The notes: a model not told the origin generated them from the sequence alone. DNA of 64,000 bases from an uncultured Bacteroides sp. (GCA_964575865.1 CAZNSZ010000002.1:390-64389), one strand, 5' to 3'; numbered from the stretch's first letter, positions 53,628 through 63,213 are shown. A program made the numbers and translations.

Positions 53628-54847
53628 CAAATCCCTCCGGTGTCGTTGGTTTTGATCAGAGAGATCATCCCTGTTTCTTCATAATTGCTGGTTCCGAGTA
53701 TCACCGTGCCGCCATCCTCCGACAGTTCGATATCGGCACCGGACTGGTCGCCTGCCGCCCCGAACAGCACCTGTCCGTCGGGGATATAATCGGAATTGAG
53801 GAACTGCAGGAAGATCTGCCTGTCCCCTCCCGATTCCCTGGTACCCACAATGGCGTACCTGCCGTCTTCGGTCTTCACCATCCGTTCCCCGGACAGGTCC
53901 ACGTCACTTTCGGAGATGGTGGTCAGCAATGCGGAGTTGACTATGGTGGTCCCGTCATTGGTCTCCACCTGGTGGATCACGATCTCGCTGCGGCCTGATA
54001 CAATCCGGTTCCCCAGGAAAAGGAACTGGTTGGGCGCGTCCTCGATCACACAGCTTCCCTTTTCATTTGAAGCCCCCATAGTTAGGAACCTGGGACTTGG
54101 CTTCAGGTCATCGTTAAAACTGATGGCCAGGATATCGGTCACACCTCCCGTTTCATTGAATTTATCAAAGGTACAGGCACAGAGGTACCTGTTTCCCGAG
54201 GTGATGATAAAATTTGCCTGGTTGTTCCTGGGGGTGGGATTCACATAATCAAAGGGGAGACGGACGGAATCCCCTTCCTGCTCCACACCCATGATCAGCA
54301 GGTCCGACCTTCCGTCCCTGACCTTGTAGCCGGCCAGCATGAAGCCGGAGGAGATCCCCTCGGTGGCGCTCAGGATCACCTCGTCATAAACGGAACCGTA
54401 GATCCGGTTCCAGCTCTCCGTCCCGTTGCTTGAAACCTTCACCAGGAAGATGTCCTTCTGGAAGGTGGCGGTTCCCGCCACGGGACGCTCGATGTATCCT
54501 GCCAGGAGAAATCCGCCCTGTCCGCCGCGGATCGTAACGATGGAATTGGCGACCGTCTCCATCTCCATATCCGTTTCCGGATAAAACTTGGGAAACCCCG
54601 ATCTCAGGTTCCCGTACCTGTCGGTGACCATCAGAACCATCCGTTTCCCCAGGTCCGGGAGGGTGGCGGTCCCGCAGATGGCGTACCCGCCGTCGTCAAG
54701 GGCAGCCAGGTCCCGGCCCTCATCCATCAGGTAATCGCCATAGAATTTTATGAACTGATCCGCCTGCTCCGGCGAGATCTCCTGCTCACAGGAGAGCAGT
54801 GCCGCCGCCATCAGGGGAATGACCATGAATTTGAGTGTCCGCTTCAT
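53627..54847 (-). CDS. Lipoprotein with repeated beta-propeller-like units
   Basis: ATG 54847 gives MKRTLKFMVIPLMAAALLSC (lipobox). The protein has recurring units of the type DGGYAICGT / GGFLLAGY / SGFMLAGY / DGRYAIVGT / DGGTVILGT separated by 40-60 aa. Confidence 0.65.
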   Translation of the reverse strand: MKRTLKFMVIPLMAAALLSCEQEISPEQADQFIKFYGDYLMDEGRDLAALDDGGYAICGTATLPDLGKRMVLMVTDRYGNLRSGFPKFYPETDMEMETVANSIVTIRGGQGGFLLAGYIERPVAGTATFQKDIFLVKVSSNGTESWNRIYGSVYDEVILSATEGISSGFMLAGYKVRDGRSDLLIMGVEQEGDSVRLPFDYVNPTPRNNQANFIITSGNRYLCACTFDKFNETGGVTDILAISFNDDLKPSPRFLTMGASNEKGSCVIEDAPNQFLFLGNRIVSGRSEIVIHQVETNDGTTIVNSALLTTISESDVDLSGERMVKTEDGRYAIVGTRESGGDRQIFLQFLNSDYIPDGQVLFGAAGDQSGADIELSEDGGTVILGTSNYEETGMISLIKTNDTGGI

Positions 54848-54859
54848 AACCGCCAATCT

Positions 54860-55984
54860 TTAAAGGTTCCATGCCATGCCGAGGAGCAGGCTCACCTGTT
54901 GCATTCTGAAATCGCTGTCCACATGGTAAAGGATCCACGTAAGGTCCTGGTTGTCGTACCGGTTTTCTTCCCGGTTGACCTGGAGAATCCCGTAGGTGTA
55001 CCTCCCCTCGATGAAGAGGAAGGAGTTCTCAAACGGGATCCGTACCCCGATGCCGCCAAGACCGCTCAGGTTCAGGGACCTCCTGGCATCTTTTACCGGG
55101 ACCGGCTCCACCTCCACATCCCTGAGGAACTCTTCGTAGCTTCTTGTTCCCGATCCTGACGCACTGAGCATGTAATCGCCCGCCACACCGGCACGGAGGT
55201 ACACGCTCACGCGGTCCGCACGCGGATTCAGCCTGAACAGGAAGGAAGCCGGGACCTGGATGTGGTACTGGTGCTCTGTGTATTCATAGGTGGCGAATGA
55301 GAGGGGAGCAGCATTGTAGGAGAAACTGGTGCGGTTGAAGTGCAGCCCGAAACCGGTTTCCACCACCTCCCCCAGCCTCAGGTTCATGACCATCCCTGCC
55401 TGGAAACCGGGCAACATTCCGAAGCTTCCCTCATCCAGGGTGGGATCGCCCACACTGAACCGCTCCAGCAGCTGGGGAAAACTGGCCAGGAATCCCAGCT
55501 GAAATCCCATGGAGTTCCCGTATTCAAAAGGGGGCCTGACGGGTTCCTGCCTCACCGGCCGCTGGACCGGTCGTTGTACCACGGGCTCCTGCTCCACTTC
55601 CGGCTCCTCCTGCAGGTCAGGATCGATTCCCCTTTCCCTCAGCTTCGCGTCCAGCAGGAGGACGAATTCCGCCTGGTCCGTATCCTGTCCCCTGTAATCA
55701 GGGAACTCCTCCACGAACCGCTCCATCATGCCGGCTGCCTCATCCGGAAGAAAATCGAACAGGTAGGCATTGATCACCAGCTTGTATGCCTCCTGACGTG
55801 CCCTTCCGGAAAGCCCGCCCGGTTCGAGGCACGGTACCAGCAGGTCGGGTACCAGTTCCACCATCCCCGCATCATAGGCTTCCCTGGCATCCTGGAACAG
55901 CTGGTTGCAGCTGACCGGATCCTGTGCCTTCAGGGAGAACCCTGTGAGAAAAAGCGGAAATACAATCAGAATCCATTTGCGCAT
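54860..55984 (-). CDS. Outer-membrane protein: N-terminal helical domain + Pro/Glu/Val-rich linker + C-terminal small beta-barrel
   Basis: Has a signal peptide (MRKWILIVFPLFLTGFSLKAQ) and the linker EEPEVEQEPVVQRPVQRPVRQEPVRPP. The C-terminal ~220 aa have alternating strands ending ...LLGMAWNL. The family is not recognised with certainty (PorT/OmpA-like barrel guess). Confidence 0.6.
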   Translation of the reverse strand: MRKWILIVFPLFLTGFSLKAQDPVSCNQLFQDAREAYDAGMVELVPDLLVPCLEPGGLSGRARQEAYKLVINAYLFDFLPDEAAGMMERFVEEFPDYRGQDTDQAEFVLLLDAKLRERGIDPDLQEEPEVEQEPVVQRPVQRPVRQEPVRPPFEYGNSMGFQLGFLASFPQLLERFSVGDPTLDEGSFGMLPGFQAGMVMNLRLGEVVETGFGLHFNRTSFSYNAAPLSFATYEYTEHQYHIQVPASFLFRLNPRADRVSVYLRAGVAGDYMLSASGSGTRSYEEFLRDVEVEPVPVKDARRSLNLSGLGGIGVRIPFENSFLFIEGRYTYGILQVNREENRYDNQDLTWILYHVDSDFRMQQVSLLLGMAWNL

Positions 55985-55995
55985 GTCGGGTTGTT

Positions 55996-58900
55996 TTATT
56001 GGTTCAGACCGGGACAGGTCGCTTCATAGGGGAAGTCATCCCCGAAATACTGGTCCCATTCGGCCACTGTCAGGTTCCGGCTCAGCAGTGAACAGAAATC
56101 ACCCACCATCACCGATGCCTCGGAAGGCCTTCCCACCAGCCTGGGGTAGTCCACGCTCCCGCTGTAAAAATAACGGCTGTTCGCGCTGAAACAAACAGCC
56201 AGTACAAAACCGTTGTTCTCCGAGAATACAAGGGGTGACGCTCCCCAGTCGGAACTGCTCCACAGGTAGACATTCCCGTCATGGGATGCCGCGGCCATGA
56301 AACGGCCATCGGGACTGAATGCCAGATCGCTCACCCTGCTTCCGGGTCCGCTCAGCGTGGACTGTACCTGGCGTCCGTTGCCTGACAGCACCCGGAGGCT
56401 TCCGTCCAGCAGTCCGGCCACCAGTACCTGCCCGTTTGGGCTGAAAGCCAGTGAACGCACATGGTTGCTGCCGAAATCGGTGACCTGGGCAGGCTCGCCG
56501 GATCCGCCTGCATTGACGATAAACAGCTTGCCGTCCCGGGTTCCGTATGCGACCCTTCCCCCGTCTGCTGTGGCAGCCAGTGCGGAAGGCCGCGACGGGG
56601 TGGTGGCCAGGACATTGCTTTCACGGCTCTGGTAGTTCCATAACAGGATCCTGTTCTCCGTCCCCGCGGAAACAAAATTCCCCGAATTGCCCAGGTTCTC
56701 AAGGAACAGCACAATGGTGCCCTGTTCCGTATCGCTGTGGACCACCGTTCCCCTGTTCTCCAGTTCAAGGAAGAGCAGTCCGCCTCCGTTGGTCCCCACC
56801 ACTGCCAGCCGACCGTCGGGGCTTACAGCCAGGCACTCGTTGTTCAGCCCGGTATTGGCCAGTGTGATCTGGGAAGCCCGGTTGGCCAGGTTGCCCGACA
56901 TGATCTTTACCGAACCGTCGCTGCTGATGGTCAGGATACTGCCCGACCTGCGCAACCACTCGATGCCCTTGATGGAATTCCTCAGGTTGGGATAGATGTT
57001 GTAGGCCGGTGAGACCAGTTTCTTGGTGGCCTGGTACAGGCCGTCATAGATCACGGCATTGAACGGATCCCCGCCGTTCCTCTCATGCAGCCGGTAAGCC
57101 TGGTATGCCAGCAATCCCTGTACTTCCGGGTCCCTGTCGATGCTGATGGACTGACTGGCCACCAGCGATGCGGTGGTCAGGGCCCTTCTTCTGGCATCAA
57201 GCCTGGCCCTTTCGGCTGCTTCCCGCTCCCTGCGCTCCCTTTCCGCCGCTGAAGTGCCGGAAGTTTCACGGTCCGGAGGCACCACGGCCTCTGTGCGCTG
57301 CGGTTCGGGTTGCCGCTGTTCAACGATCGTGACCGGGTCCCGCTGCCGGTTGACTTCCTCCTCCACTTCCCCGGACGGATCATTCAATGCCTCACCGCCG
57401 GTTGTCTCCGCAACCGTTCCCGGTGCCGTTTCAGGTAGTGTTTCAGGTACCGACCCGTTGTCACTCAACTCCCCGCCGGGATTTTCCTGAATCCGGGAAG
57501 GAAACTGTTCCCCCTGGGCCAGATCCTCATAGGTCTCTGTGGCCGGGTCCTGGGCCGCTTCTTCCGCAGGCCGGTTCCTTCCGGTGAAAAAGACCACGGC
57601 GAGCACCACCACCAGGAGACCGAGGAATACCGTAATGGCCCGGTTCATGATCAGCCGCCGCCGCTGGAGGACGATCTTGCGCTCCTGTTCCCAGGCATGC
57701 TCCTCCTCGCTGGTGGTCAGGAACACCATGGCCCTTTCAAACGCAGGATTGTACTGGACCCCCCAGGCGGGACTTGGTTTCTGTGTGTTTCTCCAGATAA
57801 TGGCCTGCTGCAGCTCCGGTGGTCTCCAGAGTTCGGTCCTCCCCTGCTGGTAAAGGGCAGAGGCCTCCGATAGTTTCATGTACATGCTGATCGACTCGGC
57901 CTCCTCGTCCACCCATTCCTGTAAACGGGGCCAGAGGTGCACAAGGGCCTCGTGTGAAAGCTCGATCTCACTTTCCGTTTCGAGGACCACCGGGGCCTGG
58001 GGTGCAATGAATGCCCTTCCCGGCTTTCTGAACACCTCCACCACATCGGTGAGCTCTTCCGTGCTGCACTGGGCAATCCTGGCTATGGTGCTCAGGGCCG
58101 ACTGCTTCCGGAAGACCTGGTTCTGCTCGCCTTTGTAGGTGATCGACTTGAAGAGCCGTTCGCATATCTCCTTCTGGAACTGGTTCAACTCCTGGTAGGC
58201 CTCTTCCAGGTGGTCTCCCAGGGCGTTTTTCAGGGTGCCGACGGACTGGTAGTCACTGATGGTGATCGGCTGGTCCCTTTTCCGGTGGTGGCTCCAGTAG
58301 TCCCATGTGCGCATCAGCGCGTGCTGAAGCATGGGCAGGGGCTGTTCCACCTCCTCCAGATCATCCAGCAGGTACTCCTCAAACCCTGCCTCCACGCTGG
58401 CCCCCGCCAGCCGGACCGGTCCTGCAATGGCCCTGGACAGGGCATCCCTGGTCATGGGGGCCAGCAGGTACTTGCTTTTGTTCATCTGCTCCGCCAGGGA
58501 GCGGTAAAGCGAACAGGCATCCATGAAATCGGAACGGATGCTGATCATCACATAGACGGCGGGGCGTTCCGCCTCCACCGCACCCAGCAACAGATCGACC
58601 AGGCGTGTGGTTTCCGGATGCCTTCCGCTTTTCTTTTTCTTCCTGACGGTGGGCCAGCTGATGAACAGTTCCTCAAACTGATCCACCACCAGGTAGAAAT
58701 GGTGGCCTTCCAGACCTTTCCCGGCCACAAGGTCCGCCAGGCTCATGGTGCTGGTGAGGAATGTCTGTACATCCGTCTCGGTGATCTGGTGCGGAAAAAC
58801 CTGCTGGAACCCGCGGGCCAGGTTCTCTATGGGGTTCATTCCGGGCCTGATGGTGATGGGCACCCAGTCCTGTTTCTTGCTGGTGATCAGATCAGGAATG

Positions 58901-59106
58901 ATCCCCGACTGGATCAGTGAGGTCTTTCCACTCCCCGAAGGCCCTACCAGCGCACAGAACCTGTTGGTCTTCAGCAGGCCGAGCACCTCATTGACCGCCG
59001 ATTCGCGACCGAAGAAATATTTATCCTCGGCAGAGGTAAATGACCTGATGCCAGGGAATGGATTTCTTTCAAGCACACCGGTATTGGTTATGGAGGGTTC
59101 GCCCAT
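55996..59106 (-). CDS. STAND-type P-loop NTPase - single TM - WD40-like beta-propeller protein
   Basis: The N-terminus NPFPGIRSFTSAEDKYFFGRE precedes Walker A GPSGSGKTS and Walker B FYLVVDQFEELF. Then come a helical arm, the TM AITVFLGLLVVVLAVVFF, an acidic/Pro-rich and R/E-rich linker, and finally repeated FSPDG/SxDG...W units (LAFSPNGQVLVAG, LAFSPDGRFMAAASHDGNVYLW). Confidence 0.8.
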   Translation of the reverse strand: MGEPSITNTGVLERNPFPGIRSFTSAEDKYFFGRESAVNEVLGLLKTNRFCALVGPSGSGKTSLIQSGIIPDLITSKKQDWVPITIRPGMNPIENLARGFQQVFPHQITETDVQTFLTSTMSLADLVAGKGLEGHHFYLVVDQFEELFISWPTVRKKKKSGRHPETTRLVDLLLGAVEAERPAVYVMISIRSDFMDACSLYRSLAEQMNKSKYLLAPMTRDALSRAIAGPVRLAGASVEAGFEEYLLDDLEEVEQPLPMLQHALMRTWDYWSHHRKRDQPITISDYQSVGTLKNALGDHLEEAYQELNQFQKEICERLFKSITYKGEQNQVFRKQSALSTIARIAQCSTEELTDVVEVFRKPGRAFIAPQAPVVLETESEIELSHEALVHLWPRLQEWVDEEAESISMYMKLSEASALYQQGRTELWRPPELQQAIIWRNTQKPSPAWGVQYNPAFERAMVFLTTSEEEHAWEQERKIVLQRRRLIMNRAITVFLGLLVVVLAVVFFTGRNRPAEEAAQDPATETYEDLAQGEQFPSRIQENPGGELSDNGSVPETLPETAPGTVAETTGGEALNDPSGEVEEEVNRQRDPVTIVEQRQPEPQRTEAVVPPDRETSGTSAAERERREREAAERARLDARRRALTTASLVASQSISIDRDPEVQGLLAYQAYRLHERNGGDPFNAVIYDGLYQATKKLVSPAYNIYPNLRNSIKGIEWLRRSGSILTISSDGSVKIMSGNLANRASQITLANTGLNNECLAVSPDGRLAVVGTNGGGLLFLELENRGTVVHSDTEQGTIVLFLENLGNSGNFVSAGTENRILLWNYQSRESNVLATTPSRPSALAATADGGRVAYGTRDGKLFIVNAGGSGEPAQVTDFGSNHVRSLAFSPNGQVLVAGLLDGSLRVLSGNGRQVQSTLSGPGSRVSDLAFSPDGRFMAAASHDGNVYLWSSSDWGASPLVFSENNGFVLAVCFSANSRYFYSGSVDYPRLVGRPSEASVMVGDFCSLLSRNLTVAEWDQYFGDDFPYEATCPGLNQ

Positions 59107-59138
59107 ATCTACATTCCTTATCTCATTGCTGCGGTTCC

Positions 59139-62100
59139 CTAAACCGATGAACCACCGTTCCGGTTCAGGAAATCACAAAAAACGTGCAATAAACTCCTCT
59201 CATCAAACAATAGTTCAATGAATTTTCCCCTTTCAATCAGGTAGGCTTCGCACGTTCCGATCGCACCAAGATAACGAATTTGCTCCAGAATTTCCGGTTG
59301 GTGTTCCGCAATAATTGCCATACCCGATGAAAGCGGGGAAAAATCCTCTGCCGATGCCGATCGTGCCAGCACCACGTCCTCCGGTTCCGAAAGCTGCTCA
59401 CCGGACCATGGCCTGAGCTCCGAAACCAGTTTGAAAAGAGCATTTATTCCAACCTTCATAAACAACTTCCATGCGGCCAGTTTCATGGTCGTATTCACAT
59501 ACCAGCCGGCAGCGTCTTCGTGCCCCGGAAAACTGTTATCCGGAAAATCGAGCCGCTCCGTCACCATATGGTACCGCTCGGGTTCATTTTTACGCAATAT
59601 TTGGGCTGCGGTTTCACGTATTTTGGGATTCGGGTGAAATCCCTGGGCGATAATTTGTTGTTCATCGTAAAATCTCTCCACATTCCCCATGCGTTCAAGC
59701 ACGCAGATGCGGATATAATCTCCCATCTGGGTACCGTCGCGGTTGAGGATCCGCTTCAGCAACATCTCCACCGGGAAGATATGGATCGGGTACAGTTCCC
59801 TCAGTCTATCAATCTTTTCCCGCACCGTTACATCATGAAAATAGGCGATAAGGACCGATTTCAGCGGTTCTCCAAGCAACAGGTCCAGCAATTCGATGGC
59901 CATTCCACGGTCGTCCGTCTGCCGGTCGAGCAGAATGGCCCGGATCCGCTGCACCGATTTGCGGTCGTAGATCAAAGACATCAGCATCAGGATCAGTTCG
60001 TTCACATCCCAGATCTCATGCTCGATGGCCTGAGCCAGGCTTCCTCCCGGATCGTCCGTCCGGACGGAGATGCGTGCGGCCATGTTCCAGGTCCCGTTGT
60101 GGACCATCCGGATGATGGCATTCTGCACCAGGGCCACCTGGATCTCGGAAGCATGGAACTGATTGTCATAAAGGCCGCGCACCACCGCTGCAAAAACCTC
60201 CCGGTGATGGTAATCCAGTTTATCCAGCAGCAGCTGTGCAGAACGTCCCCCTCCGATGGCCGAGATGACAGAAACGATGCGCAGCTGAAGTCTGGTCCCC
60301 GCCCCCGGCTTGTAAAAGGCAGTTTCCAGTTCATCCAGGACCGATTCTCCCTGTTTCACCAGAGCGGACCATGCAATGGCATAGTGCCGGGGATGATCGA
60401 GGAATTCGATCAGCCTGGTTCCGCTGTTCCCCTCCGGGATCACCCCTGCAGTGGAAATGGCCACACTCTGAATGTCCGGATCCCTGTCCCTGAAAAGGGA
60501 AACAACCTCTGGAAGGAACGAACGGTCCCGTTTCTCTGCCACGTGATACAGGGCGGCGAAGACCTCATTGCTCACCCCCGAATTAAAGGCCTCCCCGATG
60601 ACGTTCTCAGGCTCCGCCTTCTCCCTGATGAACCTGTCCAGCCGCTCCTTGATAAACGCCTCCTGGAGGCCCAGGCGGCTCCGCAGTTTCCGTTTGCTCA
60701 GCATCCTGATCCGCTCCCTGATCCTCGGCACCTTCTCCCTGACCATCAGCTGGTTGATGGTCAGTTCCGGAAGGCCGGGCGAGGATTGAAGCAGGTGGTC
60801 CCAGATCTTTTCACGTACCCCTGCGTGCGGGTGGGTAAGCAGACCAATGAGGTGCTCCCGGGAGGTATAGTGAAAGAAATAGGGATTGAATTCCAGGGCC
60901 TCGGCGGGAAATGCAGTCCTTCCCAGGTCAGCCTTGACCAGCTGGGAAAGCCCCACATCCACCGCTTCGGTAAAACGGTCCGATTCCAGTGTCACCTTGA
61001 GGAGTTTGTGGTAATGCTTGTAAAGGGCGAGGCCCACGAAAAACCAGATGAGCAGGAACAGGAAGAGGATATAGGTCACATGATAGATCTCCACGAAACT
61101 GAGCATCACAAAAAATGCCAGAAGCAGTCCTGCAGCGAAAAGGGCCACCTGGCTCAGCACTCCTTCGATCCCCGATTTGACATGGTGCCGCTCCCTGGGA
61201 TCCAGTGCTTTGTAAATCAGGTTCAGGGAGGGATCTTCCAGGGCATCCTTCATGGTCCGTCCGGAGAACCTGGAAAGCACCACGAGGATGAAAAAATAGG
61301 TGAAGAAATGGGCCTCTGCCGAGAAGCCGTACCGCTCACCCGCCACTGCCGTACCGATGGTCAGGAGCAGAAGCAGGACCGGTGACAGCAACAGGGTGAC
61401 CTGCATCCCGAACTTCTGCTTGATCCAGCCGAAAAGGAACCGTTTCATCATCCAGGCCAGTGCCGCGGCCACAGCCGAAAAATAGCCCAGGAAATAGACC
61501 AGCTCCACCCCGCCCGGATACCGGATCTCGGTCACCGAAAGAAAAAGGAAATGGAGCATCACGGTAACCGCCACCCCCATCACGGCGAAAGAGGCGATCA
61601 ACCCCGTGAAACGGTGAGAAAAAAGCCGGATGGGACCGGTGCTGAAGATCCGCTTCTTGAACCGGGTGTGCCTTTTCCCGATTTTATTCAGGACAAAGAG
61701 CTGTGCACCGGTGGCCGCGATCAGACTGGCCATGACCAGGTAGAGGATCTCCCTGAGGGGCAGGCCCAGGCGCACCAGAAGGGGAGTGGCCACAAAAGCC
61801 AGGATCATCCCTCCGGCCAGGGTGGCTTCGATCAGGCCCCGCAGCTGCTTGCTCCTGCTGGGAGACAGGAATTCCCTGACGGTGATCCAGAAACCGAGCA
61901 GGGTGATCAGGGCGAGGGGCCCTGCAAAGACGAATACCAGGAAATCGAAATGGCCGGGATCCAGCAGGTGGAATCCCAAGAAAAGTGCCGCGGTGATGGC
62001 CAGTGCGGCCACCAGGTTCAGGATGCCGAACGGCCGGACACCAAGCTGTTTGCTGAAATAGCTGTAGATAGTGGCCATGAGGATCCCGGTCAATCCGGAG

Positions 62101-62276
62101 ATCATCATGGCCAGCGGGATCCGGTCCGCCTCAAATGCCTCCAGGAACGCCGCATTGGCTTCCAGCTCCAGTCCGCCTGCAAACAGTCCGGTGGCCAGAG
62201 ACTGCACCAGCAGTGCCAGGATCAACGGGCGGTCACCCTGACCGATCTGCAACAACCTGCCAATACCTGTCCTCAT
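59139..62276 (-). CDS. Fusion protein: 12-TM MFS/nucleotide-translocase-like domain + long HEAT/ARM-like helical region + C-terminal cNMP-binding-like domain
   Basis: Twelve hydrophobic helices can be counted in the first ~430 aa. About 450 aa of helical repeats follow. The last ~110 aa loosely fit a cyclic-nucleotide-binding beta-roll (...GMAIIAEHQ...IRYLGAIGTCEAYLIERGKFIELL). Domain names are by-eye guesses. Confidence 0.6.
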   Translation of the reverse strand: MRTGIGRLLQIGQGDRPLILALLVQSLATGLFAGGLELEANAAFLEAFEADRIPLAMMISGLTGILMATIYSYFSKQLGVRPFGILNLVAALAITAALFLGFHLLDPGHFDFLVFVFAGPLALITLLGFWITVREFLSPSRSKQLRGLIEATLAGGMILAFVATPLLVRLGLPLREILYLVMASLIAATGAQLFVLNKIGKRHTRFKKRIFSTGPIRLFSHRFTGLIASFAVMGVAVTVMLHFLFLSVTEIRYPGGVELVYFLGYFSAVAAALAWMMKRFLFGWIKQKFGMQVTLLLSPVLLLLLTIGTAVAGERYGFSAEAHFFTYFFILVVLSRFSGRTMKDALEDPSLNLIYKALDPRERHHVKSGIEGVLSQVALFAAGLLLAFFVMLSFVEIYHVTYILFLFLLIWFFVGLALYKHYHKLLKVTLESDRFTEAVDVGLSQLVKADLGRTAFPAEALEFNPYFFHYTSREHLIGLLTHPHAGVREKIWDHLLQSSPGLPELTINQLMVREKVPRIRERIRMLSKRKLRSRLGLQEAFIKERLDRFIREKAEPENVIGEAFNSGVSNEVFAALYHVAEKRDRSFLPEVVSLFRDRDPDIQSVAISTAGVIPEGNSGTRLIEFLDHPRHYAIAWSALVKQGESVLDELETAFYKPGAGTRLQLRIVSVISAIGGGRSAQLLLDKLDYHHREVFAAVVRGLYDNQFHASEIQVALVQNAIIRMVHNGTWNMAARISVRTDDPGGSLAQAIEHEIWDVNELILMLMSLIYDRKSVQRIRAILLDRQTDDRGMAIELLDLLLGEPLKSVLIAYFHDVTVREKIDRLRELYPIHIFPVEMLLKRILNRDGTQMGDYIRICVLERMGNVERFYDEQQIIAQGFHPNPKIRETAAQILRKNEPERYHMVTERLDFPDNSFPGHEDAAGWYVNTTMKLAAWKLFMKVGINALFKLVSELRPWSGEQLSEPEDVVLARSASAEDFSPLSSGMAIIAEHQPEILEQIRYLGAIGTCEAYLIERGKFIELLFDERSLLHVFCDFLNRNGGSSV

Positions 62277-62427
62277 GTGGGTTGCTTTCGCGAATCTGAT
62301 AAACAGTACAATTAAGAAAATTAATGGACACCATTTGAAACAAGTAATGAACAGTGGGACCCGGTTGAACGTTCTGAAGCAGTGGTTGCAGAATTATCAC
62401 TATTTTTAAAACTTGCATTCAGCATTC

Positions 62428-63213
62428 ATGTTTGAACCCCACATCGAAGAGAACAGGAAGATCGCTGTCAGGCGCGAAATCGTGTTCGTTATCCTCTCCG
62501 GATTGTTCCTCGGATCGCTGGCCATTCTGAATATCCTGGGGATCTCCAGGCAGATCGACCTCTCCTTCAGCATCGGATCGGTCCGTATTCCTTTTGTGGT
62601 CTTCGTGGGAGTGCTGCCCTATCCCATTACCTTCCTCTGCACAGATTTCATCTCCGAACTGTACGGCAAAAGAAGGGCAAGCCTGCTGGTGTGGGTGGGA
62701 CTGGGCCTCAATATCTGGGTGCTCTTCATCCTCTGGCTGGGCGGGGTGCTTCCGCCGCGAACAGAACTGGGGCCGGACGGCCTGCCCCTCATCGATCACC
62801 CCGACCGCACCTTTTTTCAGATCAGGCAATGGACCAGCATGGCCACCATGGCGTCGATGATTGCCTACCTGACGGCCCAGCTGGTGGATGTGCACGTGTT
62901 CCACCTGCTGAAGAGACTGACCGGAGGGAAGGCGCTCTGGCTGAGGAACAACGGATCCACCCTGACCAGCCAGATGGTTGATTCCATAGCGGTGATCATG
63001 ATCACCTATTTCTTCACCAACGCCATCTCCATCACACCGGGTGAGACGGTGACCCACGGTCTGGTGATCCTGATCCTGTCCAATTATGTCTTCAAAATGA
63101 CCGCGGCACTCTTCGATACCATCCCCTTTTACATAGGGACCAGATGGTTGTCAAATTATCTGCAGATCGATCCCAACCGGGGATACCGGAGTAAGAAAGA
63201 CCGTTCTGTTTAA
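62428..63213 (+). CDS. yhhQ: Queuosine-precursor transporter (YhhQ/VUT, DUF165 family)
   Basis: Has YPITFLCTDFISELYGKRRA and QLVDVHVFHLLK ... RNNGSTLTSQMVDS, typical of YhhQ. The first ATG is at 62428; the ORF-track TTG is at 62413. Confidence 0.85.
   Translation: MFEPHIEENRKIAVRREIVFVILSGLFLGSLAILNILGISRQIDLSFSIGSVRIPFVVFVGVLPYPITFLCTDFISELYGKRRASLLVWVGLGLNIWVLFILWLGGVLPPRTELGPDGLPLIDHPDRTFFQIRQWTSMATMASMIAYLTAQLVDVHVFHLLKRLTGGKALWLRNNGSTLTSQMVDSIAVIMITYFFTNAISITPGETVTHGLVILILSNYVFKMTAALFDTIPFYIGTRWLSNYLQIDPNRGYRSKKDRSV

Noticed and set aside
62277-62427. Possible preQ1 riboswitch upstream of the yhhQ-type queuosine-precursor transporter. The candidate is a small hairpin AGTG...CACT with a GCAG-containing loop, followed by ATTTTTAAAACTT.
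   Set aside because: YhhQ genes are sometimes preQ1-regulated and the A-rich tail with AAAACT is suggestive. However, the stem is only 4 bp, the nucleotide 5' of the 3' stem strand is U rather than the ligand-pairing C, and I cannot form a convincing P2 pseudoknot. It needs cmsearch with RF00522/RF01054/RF02680 before any claim.
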